From Rhodospirillales bacterium (lineage in GTDB: Bacteria; Pseudomonadota; Alphaproteobacteria; Bin95): 64,000 bases of DNA. The notes under the pieces are model-generated. The model had not been told where the DNA came from, did not search any database, and was given only the letters and a program-made list of their open reading frames with translations. The DNA lies in the NCBI GenBank assembly GCA_038143065.1, contig JAYQLI010000035.1, positions 1,568,894-1,632,893 of the forward strand, written 5' to 3'. Made by a program: the position numbers and the translations under genes. Shown here in pieces: positions 21,171 through 31,275 of the stretch (position 1 is the stretch's first letter; every line of letters begins with the position of its first letter).

Positions 21171-22465
21171 CGGAGCAAGCTAGGGCAGTCGATCGGATTG
21201 CAACCTCCCGTATTGTTGGGCGTCTCTCTGAGCTGCATCCAAAATTAATTGATCTCTCAACTGAACGAATTGAGCGTCTGCTAAGGGACCTTGGATACCC
21301 ACACCTCGAATTACTGAATGTAATCCATGTGGCTGGCACCAACGGGAAAGGTTCAACCTGTGCTTTCCTGCGCGCATTATTAAACGAGGCAGGATATTCG
21401 GTTAACGTATACACATCTCCGCATTTGGTTAGCTTTACTGAAAGAGTACGTCTGAGTGATGCGCCAATAACAGAGGATGCCTTCCTCTCTACTCTAGAAC
21501 ATTGTGAACGTATAAACGCTGGTCGCCAAATAACATTTTTTGAAATGTTAACCGCAGCCGCATTTCTAGCTTTTGCGCAAAATCCAGCAGACGCAACAAT
21601 TGTTGAGGTTGGACTTGGGGGTCGTTTCGATGCAACGAATGTTTTTCCTTCTCCAGCGATGTCTGTTATCACACCGGTATCACTCGATCATTTGGAATTC
21701 CTAGGACCCGAGCTTTCCAAAATAGCTTGGGAAAAGGCTGGAATTTTAAAACCAAAAAGCCGTGCCGTTTCTGCATTCCAAACTTCTGAAGCTTATAACG
21801 CAATCATTTCCGAAGCTTCTAAGGTTGGCACACAGCTCAGAATAGAAGGGAATAATTGGAAGATCACACCAGGCCAAAATAGCTTTCACTTCAAAGATGA
21901 AAAGTGCGACTGGCAACTTCCACGCCCCTCGCTGGCTGGTGACTGGCAGTATGGAAATGCTGGCTTGGCTTTAGCTGCATTAAGCTACTTAGAAGGGTTT
22001 GATCTGACAGAAAGTATAGCACGTCGAGCAATGAAGTCTGTCGAGTGGCCAGGACGCCTACAGCTTCTTTCTAAGGGCCCCTTGGTGTCGTCTCTCGCGC
22101 CACGCAAACTTTGGATAGATGGTGGGCATAATCCTGCTGCAGCCGAGGCCTTAGCATCTGAGATAAATACTTGGGCAAAGTCTCCCCAACTAATTATTGG
22201 GATGATGGAGAGAAAAGATGCTGATAGTTATCTGCGGCGCCTGAACCCTGCGGTTCAAAAGGCGGCTTGTGTTCCAATTCCGAACAACGAGGGAGCATTT
22301 GAAGCGGAAGCTCTTGCTGCAAAGGCGCGCAATGTAGGGATAGACGCTATAGCCTATAAATCTCTGGAAGCGGCGGTAGAGGATATTTCTCAAAACGGGG
22401 ACAACCCTGTTCTGATTTGCGGGTCCCTTTATCTGGCCGGCTTAGTTCTTGCTAAACATTCCTAG
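21167..22465 (+). CDS. folC: Folylpolyglutamate synthase/dihydrofolate synthase
   Basis: HVAGTNGKGST, YTSPHL, EVGLGGRFDATN, WPGRLQ, DGGHNP, CGSLYLAG. Confidence 0.97.
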   Translation: MTEQARAVDRIATSRIVGRLSELHPKLIDLSTERIERLLRDLGYPHLELLNVIHVAGTNGKGSTCAFLRALLNEAGYSVNVYTSPHLVSFTERVRLSDAPITEDAFLSTLEHCERINAGRQITFFEMLTAAAFLAFAQNPADATIVEVGLGGRFDATNVFPSPAMSVITPVSLDHLEFLGPELSKIAWEKAGILKPKSRAVSAFQTSEAYNAIISEASKVGTQLRIEGNNWKITPGQNSFHFKDEKCDWQLPRPSLAGDWQYGNAGLALAALSYLEGFDLTESIARRAMKSVEWPGRLQLLSKGPLVSSLAPRKLWIDGGHNPAAAEALASEINTWAKSPQLIIGMMERKDADSYLRRLNPAVQKAACVPIPNNEGAFEAEALAAKARNVGIDAIAYKSLEAAVEDISQNGDNPVLICGSLYLAGLVLAKHS

Positions 22466-23388
22466 AGGGATAGCGGAGCCAGATCAACGGGATGTATAAT
22501 CATAAAGCTACCTAAAGCCTCATGAGGCGATAAAAACAGACGTCCATCACACCTATCGTATGTCACGCCTGCCGATTGTAACACCTTTTCTGTTTTCGCA
22601 ATGTCACGAGACCTAAGCAAAACTGCTGTGCCATATGGGGGCTTAATGTTTTCAAAACTTGGAAGCAACTTGGAACAAGCTAGCTCCGTCACTAAAACTA
22701 ATTCTCCTCGCTCCAATTCTATGAGTGCAATGCCATCATCTATCAGTACACTCGGTTTACGAACAAATTTTGCAAACCGCTCAGTTGCTTCCTCTAAGTC
22801 CTTAACTGTCCAAAGCACCCCTGACAACGCGTCTACAGCGTTTGGCTGGTCGGTTTCACCTGGTTCCCAGACAAGCTCAGGAGTGAAATGTCCACACCAC
22901 TGAATACGGCCCTCTGGCATAACCTCGGGCGGCACCCGTAAAACGCTAAAACGTGCCTCTTCTTCTGTGCCACGGGCTGTAAGTGTCATTCGACGCATAT
23001 CTACAGGTTTAAGAGGCTCGAATCCCTTTTCTCTTAGCCGAGGGGCCGCGGCTGGAACATTGGTGGCTGCGAAAGCCATGAGGTGAAGCCCCTCGTATCG
23101 GGAGAGCTGTGCTTTATGTTGTTTGGCTAAGGGGGTATCGCCCCTGCTACCAAGAAACTCTAGATATCCTAACGCTGGAGTTATCAATCTATTGACCGTC
23201 CCAGATGGTAAAGAGTTCCCATCGGCTTGACGGTTCATGTGAACGTTCTCTCGAGTAACATGAAAACCCAAATTCTTAAGGCTAGAAGACGCCTTTTCTA
23301 AGTCTTCAACAAACCAGCCCACATGATCGAGAAAAACCTCGTCACCTAGGGGTTTTTGTCGCTCGGTCCACTTAGGTTTCCAACCCAA
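22462..23388 (-). CDS. VOC/glyoxalase-like domain protein
   Basis: LDHVGWFV..L....LGF, GTVNRL, GYLEFLG pattern of the Glyoxalase_3 type. Confidence 0.75.
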   Translation of the reverse strand: MGWKPKWTERQKPLGDEVFLDHVGWFVEDLEKASSSLKNLGFHVTRENVHMNRQADGNSLPSGTVNRLITPALGYLEFLGSRGDTPLAKQHKAQLSRYEGLHLMAFAATNVPAAAPRLREKGFEPLKPVDMRRMTLTARGTEEEARFSVLRVPPEVMPEGRIQWCGHFTPELVWEPGETDQPNAVDALSGVLWTVKDLEEATERFAKFVRKPSVLIDDGIALIELERGELVLVTELACSKLLPSFENIKPPYGTAVLLRSRDIAKTEKVLQSAGVTYDRCDGRLFLSPHEALGSFMIIHPVDLAPLSL

Positions 23389-23469
23389 AATCTTACATCC
23401 CCATTTAAACCAGTAGATTTAACATTCCAAAACACAGTCGGTCATTTAAGCCAACAGCATATTTTAAAA

Positions 23470-24432
23470 TTACAGATCAAGACCGCCATGATAATTTCTA
23501 GAACCCCAATCACGCAGCCAAAGGCGAACCAAAAGGCGCTTAAGTTGAGGCTCTGGCCAGTCTTCAAAACCTGTTCGCCTATGACCTATCCGTCGGTTAT
23601 CCAGGATCTGTATCTGCCCGGGCTCAAATGTGAACGAAACATCCATGCCAGGAGCGTTCATTTTTTCTTCTAAAGCTTCCAGGGCCTCTACACCCAAAGC
23701 ATCTATGGGTTCACCTGCCAAACGTTGACCGTTCGAAACCTGAAATCTGGAAAGCCGAGCGAGAAGCCTATTTTCTTCGACTTTAAAAAGTGGGTGATGA
23801 GTAGTCATCACATCTTGTGGCGCATGCTCTCTTTGACGATCAAAATAAAACGGTTGGTACAAACGATTTAGTAGATCAGGTCGCTCTAGCCTAAGTACTT
23901 CATGCGCAGCCTCCAACGATACAATGTGAGATAACCCACCTGTTTTTGCAGCGCGCAGACAAAGCAGTGTCACATAATTTGGGGGGCATAAATTATAACT
24001 GTTATCGGTATGAAAATTTTGTTCAGCGTTAGTCTTGTCTGGCCGAACGCCATTGCCTGGTGGACGCCCAGTATCTGTCACATCGTAAATGAGGTCACCA
24101 ATCCAATTTTGTGCAACGGGGCGCTCAATTAGAGAACACATCAACCAATAGGCTATTTTAGCGCCATCCTCGCCAAGCTCATCAAGCGGTAAACGATCTA
24201 TTAATGCAAATCCAACCCCATCTTTGAGTTCAGCCAAAACCTTAGCCATGAACTCTTTTGTGGCAGTCAATTCAAACTGTGCCACGTCTGCTTCAATAAT
24301 CGGCTGTCCTGAATGTTCATATATTTGAGCAGCAACTGTAACCTCTTCGGCAACTTCCAGTGGTAAATCGAATCTACCAGTCCCGGATGCCAATTCACTT
24401 CCACGCCAAGCACGGCTACTAGCATCCAACAT
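23470..24432 (-). CDS. TauD/TfdA-family Fe(II)/2-oxoglutarate dioxygenase
   Basis: HxD (FHTDNSY), LLCLRAAKTGG, DNRRIGHRRTGF, RLLVRLW; RBS before ATG at 24432. Confidence 0.85.
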   Translation of the reverse strand: MLDASSRAWRGSELASGTGRFDLPLEVAEEVTVAAQIYEHSGQPIIEADVAQFELTATKEFMAKVLAELKDGVGFALIDRLPLDELGEDGAKIAYWLMCSLIERPVAQNWIGDLIYDVTDTGRPPGNGVRPDKTNAEQNFHTDNSYNLCPPNYVTLLCLRAAKTGGLSHIVSLEAAHEVLRLERPDLLNRLYQPFYFDRQREHAPQDVMTTHHPLFKVEENRLLARLSRFQVSNGQRLAGEPIDALGVEALEALEEKMNAPGMDVSFTFEPGQIQILDNRRIGHRRTGFEDWPEPQLKRLLVRLWLRDWGSRNYHGGLDL

Positions 24433-24556
24433 TGCAGATCTCCCTTTTGGACAATAAATCGATAGGCTCAAAAGTCCTAAAAGGCTATAGACGCTTATCT
24501 TGCAATTTAAAGATCCGCCAAAAAAGTTCCCTGACACATCTGACAGGATCCGCTGA

Positions 24557-25795
24557 ATGTTCTCTGCCCTGACACCAGTAGCTGCACTGCTTTTAAGCGT
24601 CGCCTTTTTATTAATGGGCAGTGGACTCCAAAACACACTCACCCCAATACGCGCTGAGATCGAGGGTTTTGAAGCTATGGCGCTTGGAGCTCTTGGCGCA
24701 GCTTATTATTTTGGTTTCGTGATTGGATGCGTAGCTGCGCCCGTTGTAGTGAAACGAGCTGGTCATATTAGGTCGTTTGTGGCGATGGTATCGATTGGCT
24801 CTTCGGTGGCATTAATACACCCCATAATTGTTGATCCATGGGTTTGGACAGTATTGCGCATATTCACTGGATTTTGCCTCGCTGGCCTCTTCATGATCAT
24901 AGAAAGTTGGCTCAACGAAAAGGCGTCGAACGAAAGTCGAGGTGTAATTTTTTCAACGTATCTTGGAATCAATCTCTCCGTGATTACTGTCGGCCAGCTC
25001 CTGATCACCGTAGACGATCCCAGATCGTTCTCTTTGTTTGCACTGGCCTCGATTCTTGTTTCACTTGCAGCAGTTCCCCTAGCCTTGACGCGTTCGCAAG
25101 AACCAGCCCCACCGAACATTGTTAAATTAAGGATCCTTCGCCTCTACAAAATGTCACCTGTTGGGCTGGTGGGATCATTTAGTGTCGGCCTGTCTAATGG
25201 CGCATTCTGGACCTTGGGTCCAGTTTATGGAGCAGTAAGTGGTGGAGGAGCAGAGAGTGCCGCAATATTTATGGCCGTTGGCGCGATCGCTGGTGCTGCG
25301 GGCCAGTGGCCTTTGGGGCGCCTATCTGATCGAATGGACCGACGGATAATCATAATGGCAGCATGTTTACTGGCAGCCGTAGCAGATTTGTTAATGTCAA
25401 TTCTAGGCAACGACAATCAGGCTATTCGCATTATTTGTGTTGCTGGCTTTGGGCTTTTTGCTTTGCCGATATATGCACTTTCCGCGGCTCATATGAATGA
25501 TATGGTCACGGACTCTGGTTTTGTTGAAGCTGCTGGTGGCCTTCTGCTTACCTTCTCAATCGGAGCGGTCATAGGACCCCTGGCTGCATCAACGGTTATG
25601 AGTTTGATTGGACCACCAGGTTTATTTGCCGTCATTGCAGCCGTTCACATATCGACAGCTGTGTTTGTAGGCTCAAGAATGAAAATCAGGCAAGCAACAC
25701 CAGACGACGAAAGAGGCGATTTTGCGGAAGCAGCCCTTGCAGCTCAAACTGTCGCTGCAGTCGAAGAGTTAGAACCTTCAACTACTACAGATTAA
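24557..25795 (+). CDS. MFS transporter (YcaD-like)
   Basis: About 12 TM; IESWLNE, QWPLGRLSDRMDRR motifs. Confidence 0.88.
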   Translation: MFSALTPVAALLLSVAFLLMGSGLQNTLTPIRAEIEGFEAMALGALGAAYYFGFVIGCVAAPVVVKRAGHIRSFVAMVSIGSSVALIHPIIVDPWVWTVLRIFTGFCLAGLFMIIESWLNEKASNESRGVIFSTYLGINLSVITVGQLLITVDDPRSFSLFALASILVSLAAVPLALTRSQEPAPPNIVKLRILRLYKMSPVGLVGSFSVGLSNGAFWTLGPVYGAVSGGGAESAAIFMAVGAIAGAAGQWPLGRLSDRMDRRIIIMAACLLAAVADLLMSILGNDNQAIRIICVAGFGLFALPIYALSAAHMNDMVTDSGFVEAAGGLLLTFSIGAVIGPLAASTVMSLIGPPGLFAVIAAVHISTAVFVGSRMKIRQATPDDERGDFAEAALAAQTVAAVEELEPSTTTD

Positions 25796-25819
25796 CAGAT
25801 CCATACATTACTTGGTAAG

Positions 25820-25850
25820 TTCCCGCTTAGCCTACGAAGCTAAGCGGGAA
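25820..25850. terminator. Stem-loop between convergent genes (probable terminator)
   Basis: Perfect 12-bp stem TTCCCGCTTAGC-CTACGAA-GCTAAGCGGGAA; lacks a clear U-tract. Confidence 0.7.
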
Positions 25851-25859
25851 TGAGATACT

Positions 25860-26660
25860 TTAACAACCTTTAAATACTGGCTTACGTTTTTCCATAAAGG
25901 CAGTCTGGCCTTCTTTATAGTCTTCGCTTGCAAAGCAAGCTTCCACCATTTGATCAAGCTTATCAAAATCACGGTCTGCTTCATGAGCAATTGCTGTTTG
26001 CACAGCAAAATTTGCAGCTGCCACAGTGAGGGGAGCGTTTTCAGCAATCATCCCAGCATACTCCGCAACGGCAGCATCAAGTTCATCAAGGCTAACTACC
26101 TTGTTCACCAATCCCATTCTCCAGGCCTCTTCAGCATTAAACTTTCTGGCTGTGAAAAAGATTTCCTTTGCGTAGGCCGGGCCAACTAAATTGACCAAAC
26201 GTTTCATGCCAGGATATCGGTAACCGAGCCCCAAGCGAGCAGCAGGTACAGCATAAACAGTGTTATCAGCGGCAATACGAATGTCAGCAGACAAAGCTAC
26301 AGCCAGTCCACCCCCAATACAAAAACCTCTAATCATAGCAATCAGGGGCTTTTCACAATTTTCTATTGCAGCGTATGCAGCGCCGCTCGTGGCGTTGTAG
26401 AGCGTTACCTGTTCCGGTGTAGATCTTTTTTCCTTGAACTCGGAAATATCTGCACCGGCAACGAAGGACTTATCTCCCGCTCCTTTCATGACGATACAGC
26501 GAACATCATCTTGTGCGACAAGAGTATCGAAGATTTTAGGAATCGCTTCCCACATTTCGAACTTTACTGCATTTCGCCGTTCAGGATTGTTGAAGGTGAC
26601 CCAGCCAACGCCATCAATCACTTCAACGATCATATGCTCAGTGCCAAAATCCAATTTCAT
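25860..26660 (-). CDS. Enoyl-CoA hydratase/isomerase (crotonase family)
   Basis: FNNPERRNA, FVAGADISEF, GFCIGGG, AFMEKRKPVFKG. Confidence 0.9.
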   Translation of the reverse strand: MKLDFGTEHMIVEVIDGVGWVTFNNPERRNAVKFEMWEAIPKIFDTLVAQDDVRCIVMKGAGDKSFVAGADISEFKEKRSTPEQVTLYNATSGAAYAAIENCEKPLIAMIRGFCIGGGLAVALSADIRIAADNTVYAVPAARLGLGYRYPGMKRLVNLVGPAYAKEIFFTARKFNAEEAWRMGLVNKVVSLDELDAAVAEYAGMIAENAPLTVAAANFAVQTAIAHEADRDFDKLDQMVEACFASEDYKEGQTAFMEKRKPVFKGC

Positions 26661-26687
26661 GTCGTTACTTTCTAAGTTCAAAGATGA

Positions 26688-27872
26688 TTATATCACACCA
26701 TCATCACGCATCGCAGCAATGGCATCAGGAGAGTAACCGAGTTCAGTGAGAATTGCGTCGGTATGCTCACCTTGTTCCGGTGTTGCGGAGCGAATTTTGG
26801 ATGGAGTACGGGACATCTTTATTGCCTGATTAACAATTTGGAATGAGCCCATGCGGGGATGACTGACAGGCACCGCCATCTCCACATGCTTTACCTGCGC
26901 ATCCTCAAACATCTGATCCATTGAATAGATAGGCCCACAAGGACAACCCGCTGCATTTAAATGATCAATCCAGAAGGCGGAAGGCTTTTGGCAAGTAATA
27001 GCATCTATAGCAGCATTCATTGCTTTTCTGTTTTGAGATCGGAGCGCACCAGTAGCAAAATCAGGATGATCTTTAAGTTCTAGTGCATTGATCGCGTCAC
27101 AGAAACGCTCATAAATTGCCTGACCAGCAACCGCAATGTTCACATGACCATCTGCAGTCTTAAACACACCAGTCGGAATTGATGTTGGATGATCATTGCC
27201 AGCCGACTTAGGGACTTCTTTGTCTTTGAGATAGCGCGCTGCCTGGAAGTCTAGCATCTGGATTTGAGCTTCAAGTAGTGAAGTCTTTACCCACTGTCCC
27301 TTTCCCGAAGTTTCCCTCTCTAAAAGAGCTAGGAGGATACCTTGGGCACAAAACATTCCTGCAGAAAGATCAGCAACTGGAATGCCAACGCGCATTGGTC
27401 CCCCATCTGCCTCTCCAGTAATAGACATAAGGCCACCCATGCCTTGGGCAATTTGATCAAAGCCTGGGCGATCAGCGTACGGACCATCTTGTCCAAAGCC
27501 GGAAATTGAGCCGAGGATGATACCAGGGTTTATCTTGGCAAGGCTGTCATAATCAATTTTCAAGCGGTGCTTTACATCTGCTCTATAATTCTCAACAACA
27601 ACATCCGCTGCGGATACCATCTTGTAAAATGCTTCGAGACCTCTTGGGTCTTTAAGATTCAGGGTGACAGAGCGCTTATTACGATGCAAATTTTGGAAAT
27701 CAAAACCATCTCTTGATCCGCCCAATCCCTCCTTACCATCCGGAGGAGACTCCACCTTGATTACATCAGCACCCCAGTCTGCAAGTTGACGCACACATGT
27801 TGGGCCAGCTCGCACACGGGTAAGATCAAGAACCTTGAATCTAGAAAGTGGCATTCCTGTCGTAGCGCTCAT
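26688..27872 (-). CDS. Family III (CaiB/BaiF) CoA-transferase
   Basis: LADWGADVIKVE, HRNKRS, GFDQIAQGMGGLMSITG. Confidence 0.92.
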   Translation of the reverse strand: MSATTGMPLSRFKVLDLTRVRAGPTCVRQLADWGADVIKVESPPDGKEGLGGSRDGFDFQNLHRNKRSVTLNLKDPRGLEAFYKMVSAADVVVENYRADVKHRLKIDYDSLAKINPGIILGSISGFGQDGPYADRPGFDQIAQGMGGLMSITGEADGGPMRVGIPVADLSAGMFCAQGILLALLERETSGKGQWVKTSLLEAQIQMLDFQAARYLKDKEVPKSAGNDHPTSIPTGVFKTADGHVNIAVAGQAIYERFCDAINALELKDHPDFATGALRSQNRKAMNAAIDAITCQKPSAFWIDHLNAAGCPCGPIYSMDQMFEDAQVKHVEMAVPVSHPRMGSFQIVNQAIKMSRTPSKIRSATPEQGEHTDAILTELGYSPDAIAAMRDDGVI

Positions 27873-27886
27873 ACTCTTAAATCTCC

Positions 27887-29095
27887 CTAACTAAAGGCTT
27901 GAATGCCAGTTATCGAACGGCCAAGGATCAGTGCATGAACATCATGGGTACCCTCGTAGGTATTTACTGCCTCTAGGTTCATCATGTGCCTAATAACTTT
28001 GTACTCGTCAGAAACCCCATTTCCACCATGCATATCACGAGACAACCGAGCAATATCTAAGGCTTTGCCACAATTGTTCCGCTTTATTAGGGATATCATT
28101 TCTGGCGCCGCACGACCTTCATCCATTAAACGCCCTACCCGAAGAGCGGCTTGAAAACCGAGTGCAATTTCGGTTTGCATATCCGCTAGCTTTTTCTGAA
28201 TGAGTTGATTTGCCCCCAAGGGTTTTCCAAACGCAGTCCTGTTCATGACATATTCACGACTTGCTCGCCAACAAGCTTCGGCGGCCCCCATAGCACCCCA
28301 CGCAATTCCATAACGAGCCTTATTCAAACAGCCAAATGGTCCACCTAAACCCTTGGCATTCGGAAGACGGTTTTCATCTGGCACAAAGACGTCATCCATC
28401 ACTATTTCGCCAGTTGGTGAAGCGCGAAGTGAAAATTTTCCTTCAATTTTTGGAGTGGAAAGACCTTCCATACCTCGCTCAAGTATGAAGCCACGGATGT
28501 CACCTGCTTCATCTTTAGCCCAAACCACTAGCACATCGGCAATTGGTGAAGATGTAATCCACATTTTTGCGCCGGTGAGCCTATATCCGCCGTCAACTTT
28601 GACTGCGCGGGACTTCATACCGCCCGCGTCTGAGCCATGGTCCGGCTCTGTTAAGCCAAAAGACCCGACGTGCTCTCCAGAAGCGAGCTTTGGCAGATAT
28701 TTCTGTTTCTGCTCTTCTGAGCCGTATGTATGGATCGGGTACATCACTAAACTAGATTGCACACTCATTGCCGACCGATACGCGCTGTCGCAGCCTTCAA
28801 CTGCACGAGCAAGCAATCCATACATAACTGCCGAACCACCGGGACAGCCATACCCTTCTAGACCGACACCTAAGAAACCAGATTGTCCTAGTTTTTTGTA
28901 AATGTTGCGATCAAAAGTTTGATTGCGGTTAGCTTCCATCACGCCAGGCTCCAACTCAGCCTCCACGAATTTCACACCAGCTTCAAAAGTCATGCGCTCT
29001 TCTTCATCGAGCTGATCTGCCAAATAGAACGGATCAGTCCAGTCAAAAGGTGGCAGCTTGCTAACCTTGGTGCTTGCGGGCGTCGAGTCAGGCAT
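27887..29095 (-). CDS. gcdH: Glutaryl-CoA dehydrogenase
   Basis: [62 protein letters not shown]. Confidence 0.95.
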   Translation of the reverse strand: MPDSTPASTKVSKLPPFDWTDPFYLADQLDEEERMTFEAGVKFVEAELEPGVMEANRNQTFDRNIYKKLGQSGFLGVGLEGYGCPGGSAVMYGLLARAVEGCDSAYRSAMSVQSSLVMYPIHTYGSEEQKQKYLPKLASGEHVGSFGLTEPDHGSDAGGMKSRAVKVDGGYRLTGAKMWITSSPIADVLVVWAKDEAGDIRGFILERGMEGLSTPKIEGKFSLRASPTGEIVMDDVFVPDENRLPNAKGLGGPFGCLNKARYGIAWGAMGAAEACWRASREYVMNRTAFGKPLGANQLIQKKLADMQTEIALGFQAALRVGRLMDEGRAAPEMISLIKRNNCGKALDIARLSRDMHGGNGVSDEYKVIRHMMNLEAVNTYEGTHDVHALILGRSITGIQAFS

Positions 29096-29300
29096 TGAAG
29101 TTCTCCATGAAAGAATACGTGTGCAGGGGCGTAAACCGAAAGCTTTTATATAAAAACTAATAACTGAAAAGATAGCTTGGATATTAAAATTCGGCGAGAT
29201 AGGCGATGCGCCGCAGCAGCGTCAGCAAAGATTTCTGCAGAACGCATTAAAGCAAAGAAACTAAAAACATTTATGTTTTTTAATTTATTGCTAGAAAAAT

Positions 29301-30128
29301 CTAAACGATGCCTGCTGCAACCCATTCATCTAACTTGGCCAAGCTCTCATCTCGTCCCATAGGTTCTATATTGATCACAACACGATCAATCCCTGCGTCC
29401 GCATATTGCTTCAACATTTCTGGATCTTGCTCGCCACCAAAAACAGTAATTGGAATTTGGCGCCCAGCCTCTCGCTCCATTGCCCTAAATTCAGGCAACT
29501 TTTCCAAAATATGATAGGTCGGGCGGCGCGCATGAGGAAGCCAAGCGTCGGCGTATCTTAGAGCTCGACGAGCTCCATACGGGAATGCTCCACCAAGATA
29601 AACTGGCGGTGCTCTCAACGGCTTTGGCCAAGTTTGCATTGGGCCAAAGTTGACTAATTCACCATGATATTCTGGGGTTTCATCTCGCCAAATAACGCGC
29701 ATAGCCTCAATTTTTTCCCTCATGAGCTTCATGCGAGAAGATGGATCAACACCATGATTTATCATTTCATCAGTGTTCCATCCGGCGCCTATACCAAAAA
29801 GGAAACGTCCACCAGAAATTACATCAAGCGATGCAACTGACTTTGCTGTCTGGAAGACATCCCTTTGAGGCACTAGGCAGATCCCAGTGCCTATTTTCAA
29901 AATAGAGGTCGCCCCTGCGGCAGCTGTCAAAGTTACAAATGGGTCCATCACCTGAAAATATTTTGTTGGTAGCTCGCCGCCCTGCGGCCAAGGAGAGTTT
30001 CGAGTGAGAGGAATGTGACTATGTTCAGGAGCCCATAGGCTCTCGAACCCTCGCTCTTCTAGAGCAGCAGCAAGATCAGATGGTCGAATGGAATAATCTG
30101 TGAAAAATAAAGCTACTCCAATACGCAT
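29301..30128 (-). CDS. LLM-class oxidoreductase, F420-dependent type (Rv2161c-like)
   Basis: GFESLWAPEHSHIP, DPFVTLTAAA, AKSVASLDVISGGRFLFGIGAGWN. Confidence 0.85.
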   Translation of the reverse strand: MRIGVALFFTDYSIRPSDLAAALEERGFESLWAPEHSHIPLTRNSPWPQGGELPTKYFQVMDPFVTLTAAAGATSILKIGTGICLVPQRDVFQTAKSVASLDVISGGRFLFGIGAGWNTDEMINHGVDPSSRMKLMREKIEAMRVIWRDETPEYHGELVNFGPMQTWPKPLRAPPVYLGGAFPYGARRALRYADAWLPHARRPTYHILEKLPEFRAMEREAGRQIPITVFGGEQDPEMLKQYADAGIDRVVINIEPMGRDESLAKLDEWVAAGIV

Positions 30129-30137
30129 CGGGTTATC

Positions 30138-30509
30138 TCACTTTTTTACATCTGTGGAAGAGGTAGATATTTCAATACAGCCTCTTGCCTTGGCTAGTTC
30201 ACTGAGCCTTTGATTTCGATCAACAAGCGAACGCATCTCGATTTGCTCAACATCAGAAAGATCTACCGCTAAAACCGCTGGCCAAAAAAATGCTTTACCT
30301 ACCGCCACAGCGATAGCATTTCCTGTCGCAATTTCCTTATCTATCTTTGCAAGTTTAGCCGCTTTGTCTCGATTATCCGCCATGAGCCCCGCTATTTCTG
30401 GGCATTTCAGGGTTTCATCTCCAGGCTGCGAAAGGGGCACAAGCTGCGCCTGGCGAGTTTCACATGCGACAACCATTGCCGCCAGCGCAATAATCGCGAT
30501 GATACGCAA
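30138..30509 (-). CDS. Putative lipoprotein, unknown function
   Basis: Hydrophobic signal with lipobox-like VVAC; two further Cys. Confidence 0.6.
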   Translation of the reverse strand: MRIIAIIALAAMVVACETRQAQLVPLSQPGDETLKCPEIAGLMADNRDKAAKLAKIDKEIATGNAIAVAVGKAFFWPAVLAVDLSDVEQIEMRSLVDRNQRLSELAKARGCIEISTSSTDVKK

Positions 30510-30552
30510 ATTGAATACCTTTAAAAAGTCATTGGGACTACGGAATCAGCAT

Positions 30553-31113
30553 ATGCTTCCCTATCAATCAATCAAGCAAATTTCTGCTATTTTGCTCGTC
30601 GCGTTTGGAATTTCAGGTTGCGCCAAGCCTGCAAGTGTCAAACCAATGACTTCAAGCTCAAGGGCCAATGCATTATCTCCAGCTGACATTAATCTTTCTG
30701 GGGCCATATGCGTTAAGACCGTAGACGGCGGCAAGACTACTAATCCTCTTTGGGTATCAGAAGTCGACAACGCAAGTTTTCTGATTGCTTTGGAAGCTTC
30801 TCTCAAAAACAATGGACTTCTCGCGGAAAACCCCGAAACATGCAGATATGATGTTGAAGTAAACCTTCTTGGATTATCTCAGCCGTACATAAGTATCGAC
30901 GTTGAAGTCACTGCAAATGTAAATTATAGAGTGCGAAAAGCTGGCGTCGACGAACCCTACTTGCTTAAAACCATTCAAACCTCTTATACCGCCCGTTTTA
31001 CCCAAGACAAATTACTCTGGGGAACCCGACTGAAAGAAGCAAATGAAGGGTCAATTCGAAAAAATATAGGTGAATTTATAGATGCTATTTTAACTCGCCC
31101 ACCTTCATCCTGA
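30553..31113 (+). CDS. Putative lipoprotein, unknown function
   Basis: Signal peptide ending ISGC; start at ATG 30553 avoids overlap with the divergent gene. Confidence 0.65.
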   Translation: MLPYQSIKQISAILLVAFGISGCAKPASVKPMTSSSRANALSPADINLSGAICVKTVDGGKTTNPLWVSEVDNASFLIALEASLKNNGLLAENPETCRYDVEVNLLGLSQPYISIDVEVTANVNYRVRKAGVDEPYLLKTIQTSYTARFTQDKLLWGTRLKEANEGSIRKNIGEFIDAILTRPPSS

Positions 31114-31275
31114 ACGCTCGATAAAAATAGCGCCTTTTACAAAAAATACTGCTCAAAGCAGATAGTTTCTTGGGAAAATGTCGAAGACGACCGCAGATAT
31201 CTTGTCTCACAAAAAGGTTTGAATTTTCAAAAAGGAAATTGGATCCTCTCTTCTCTCATATAAGGGAATGAAGCC

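Noticed and set aside
24433-24642. Apparent overlap of the TauD and MFS ORFs (also 9368-9508, 30364-30552, 38872-38979)
   Set aside because: Artefact of longest-ORF start choice; downstream ATG starts remove the overlaps
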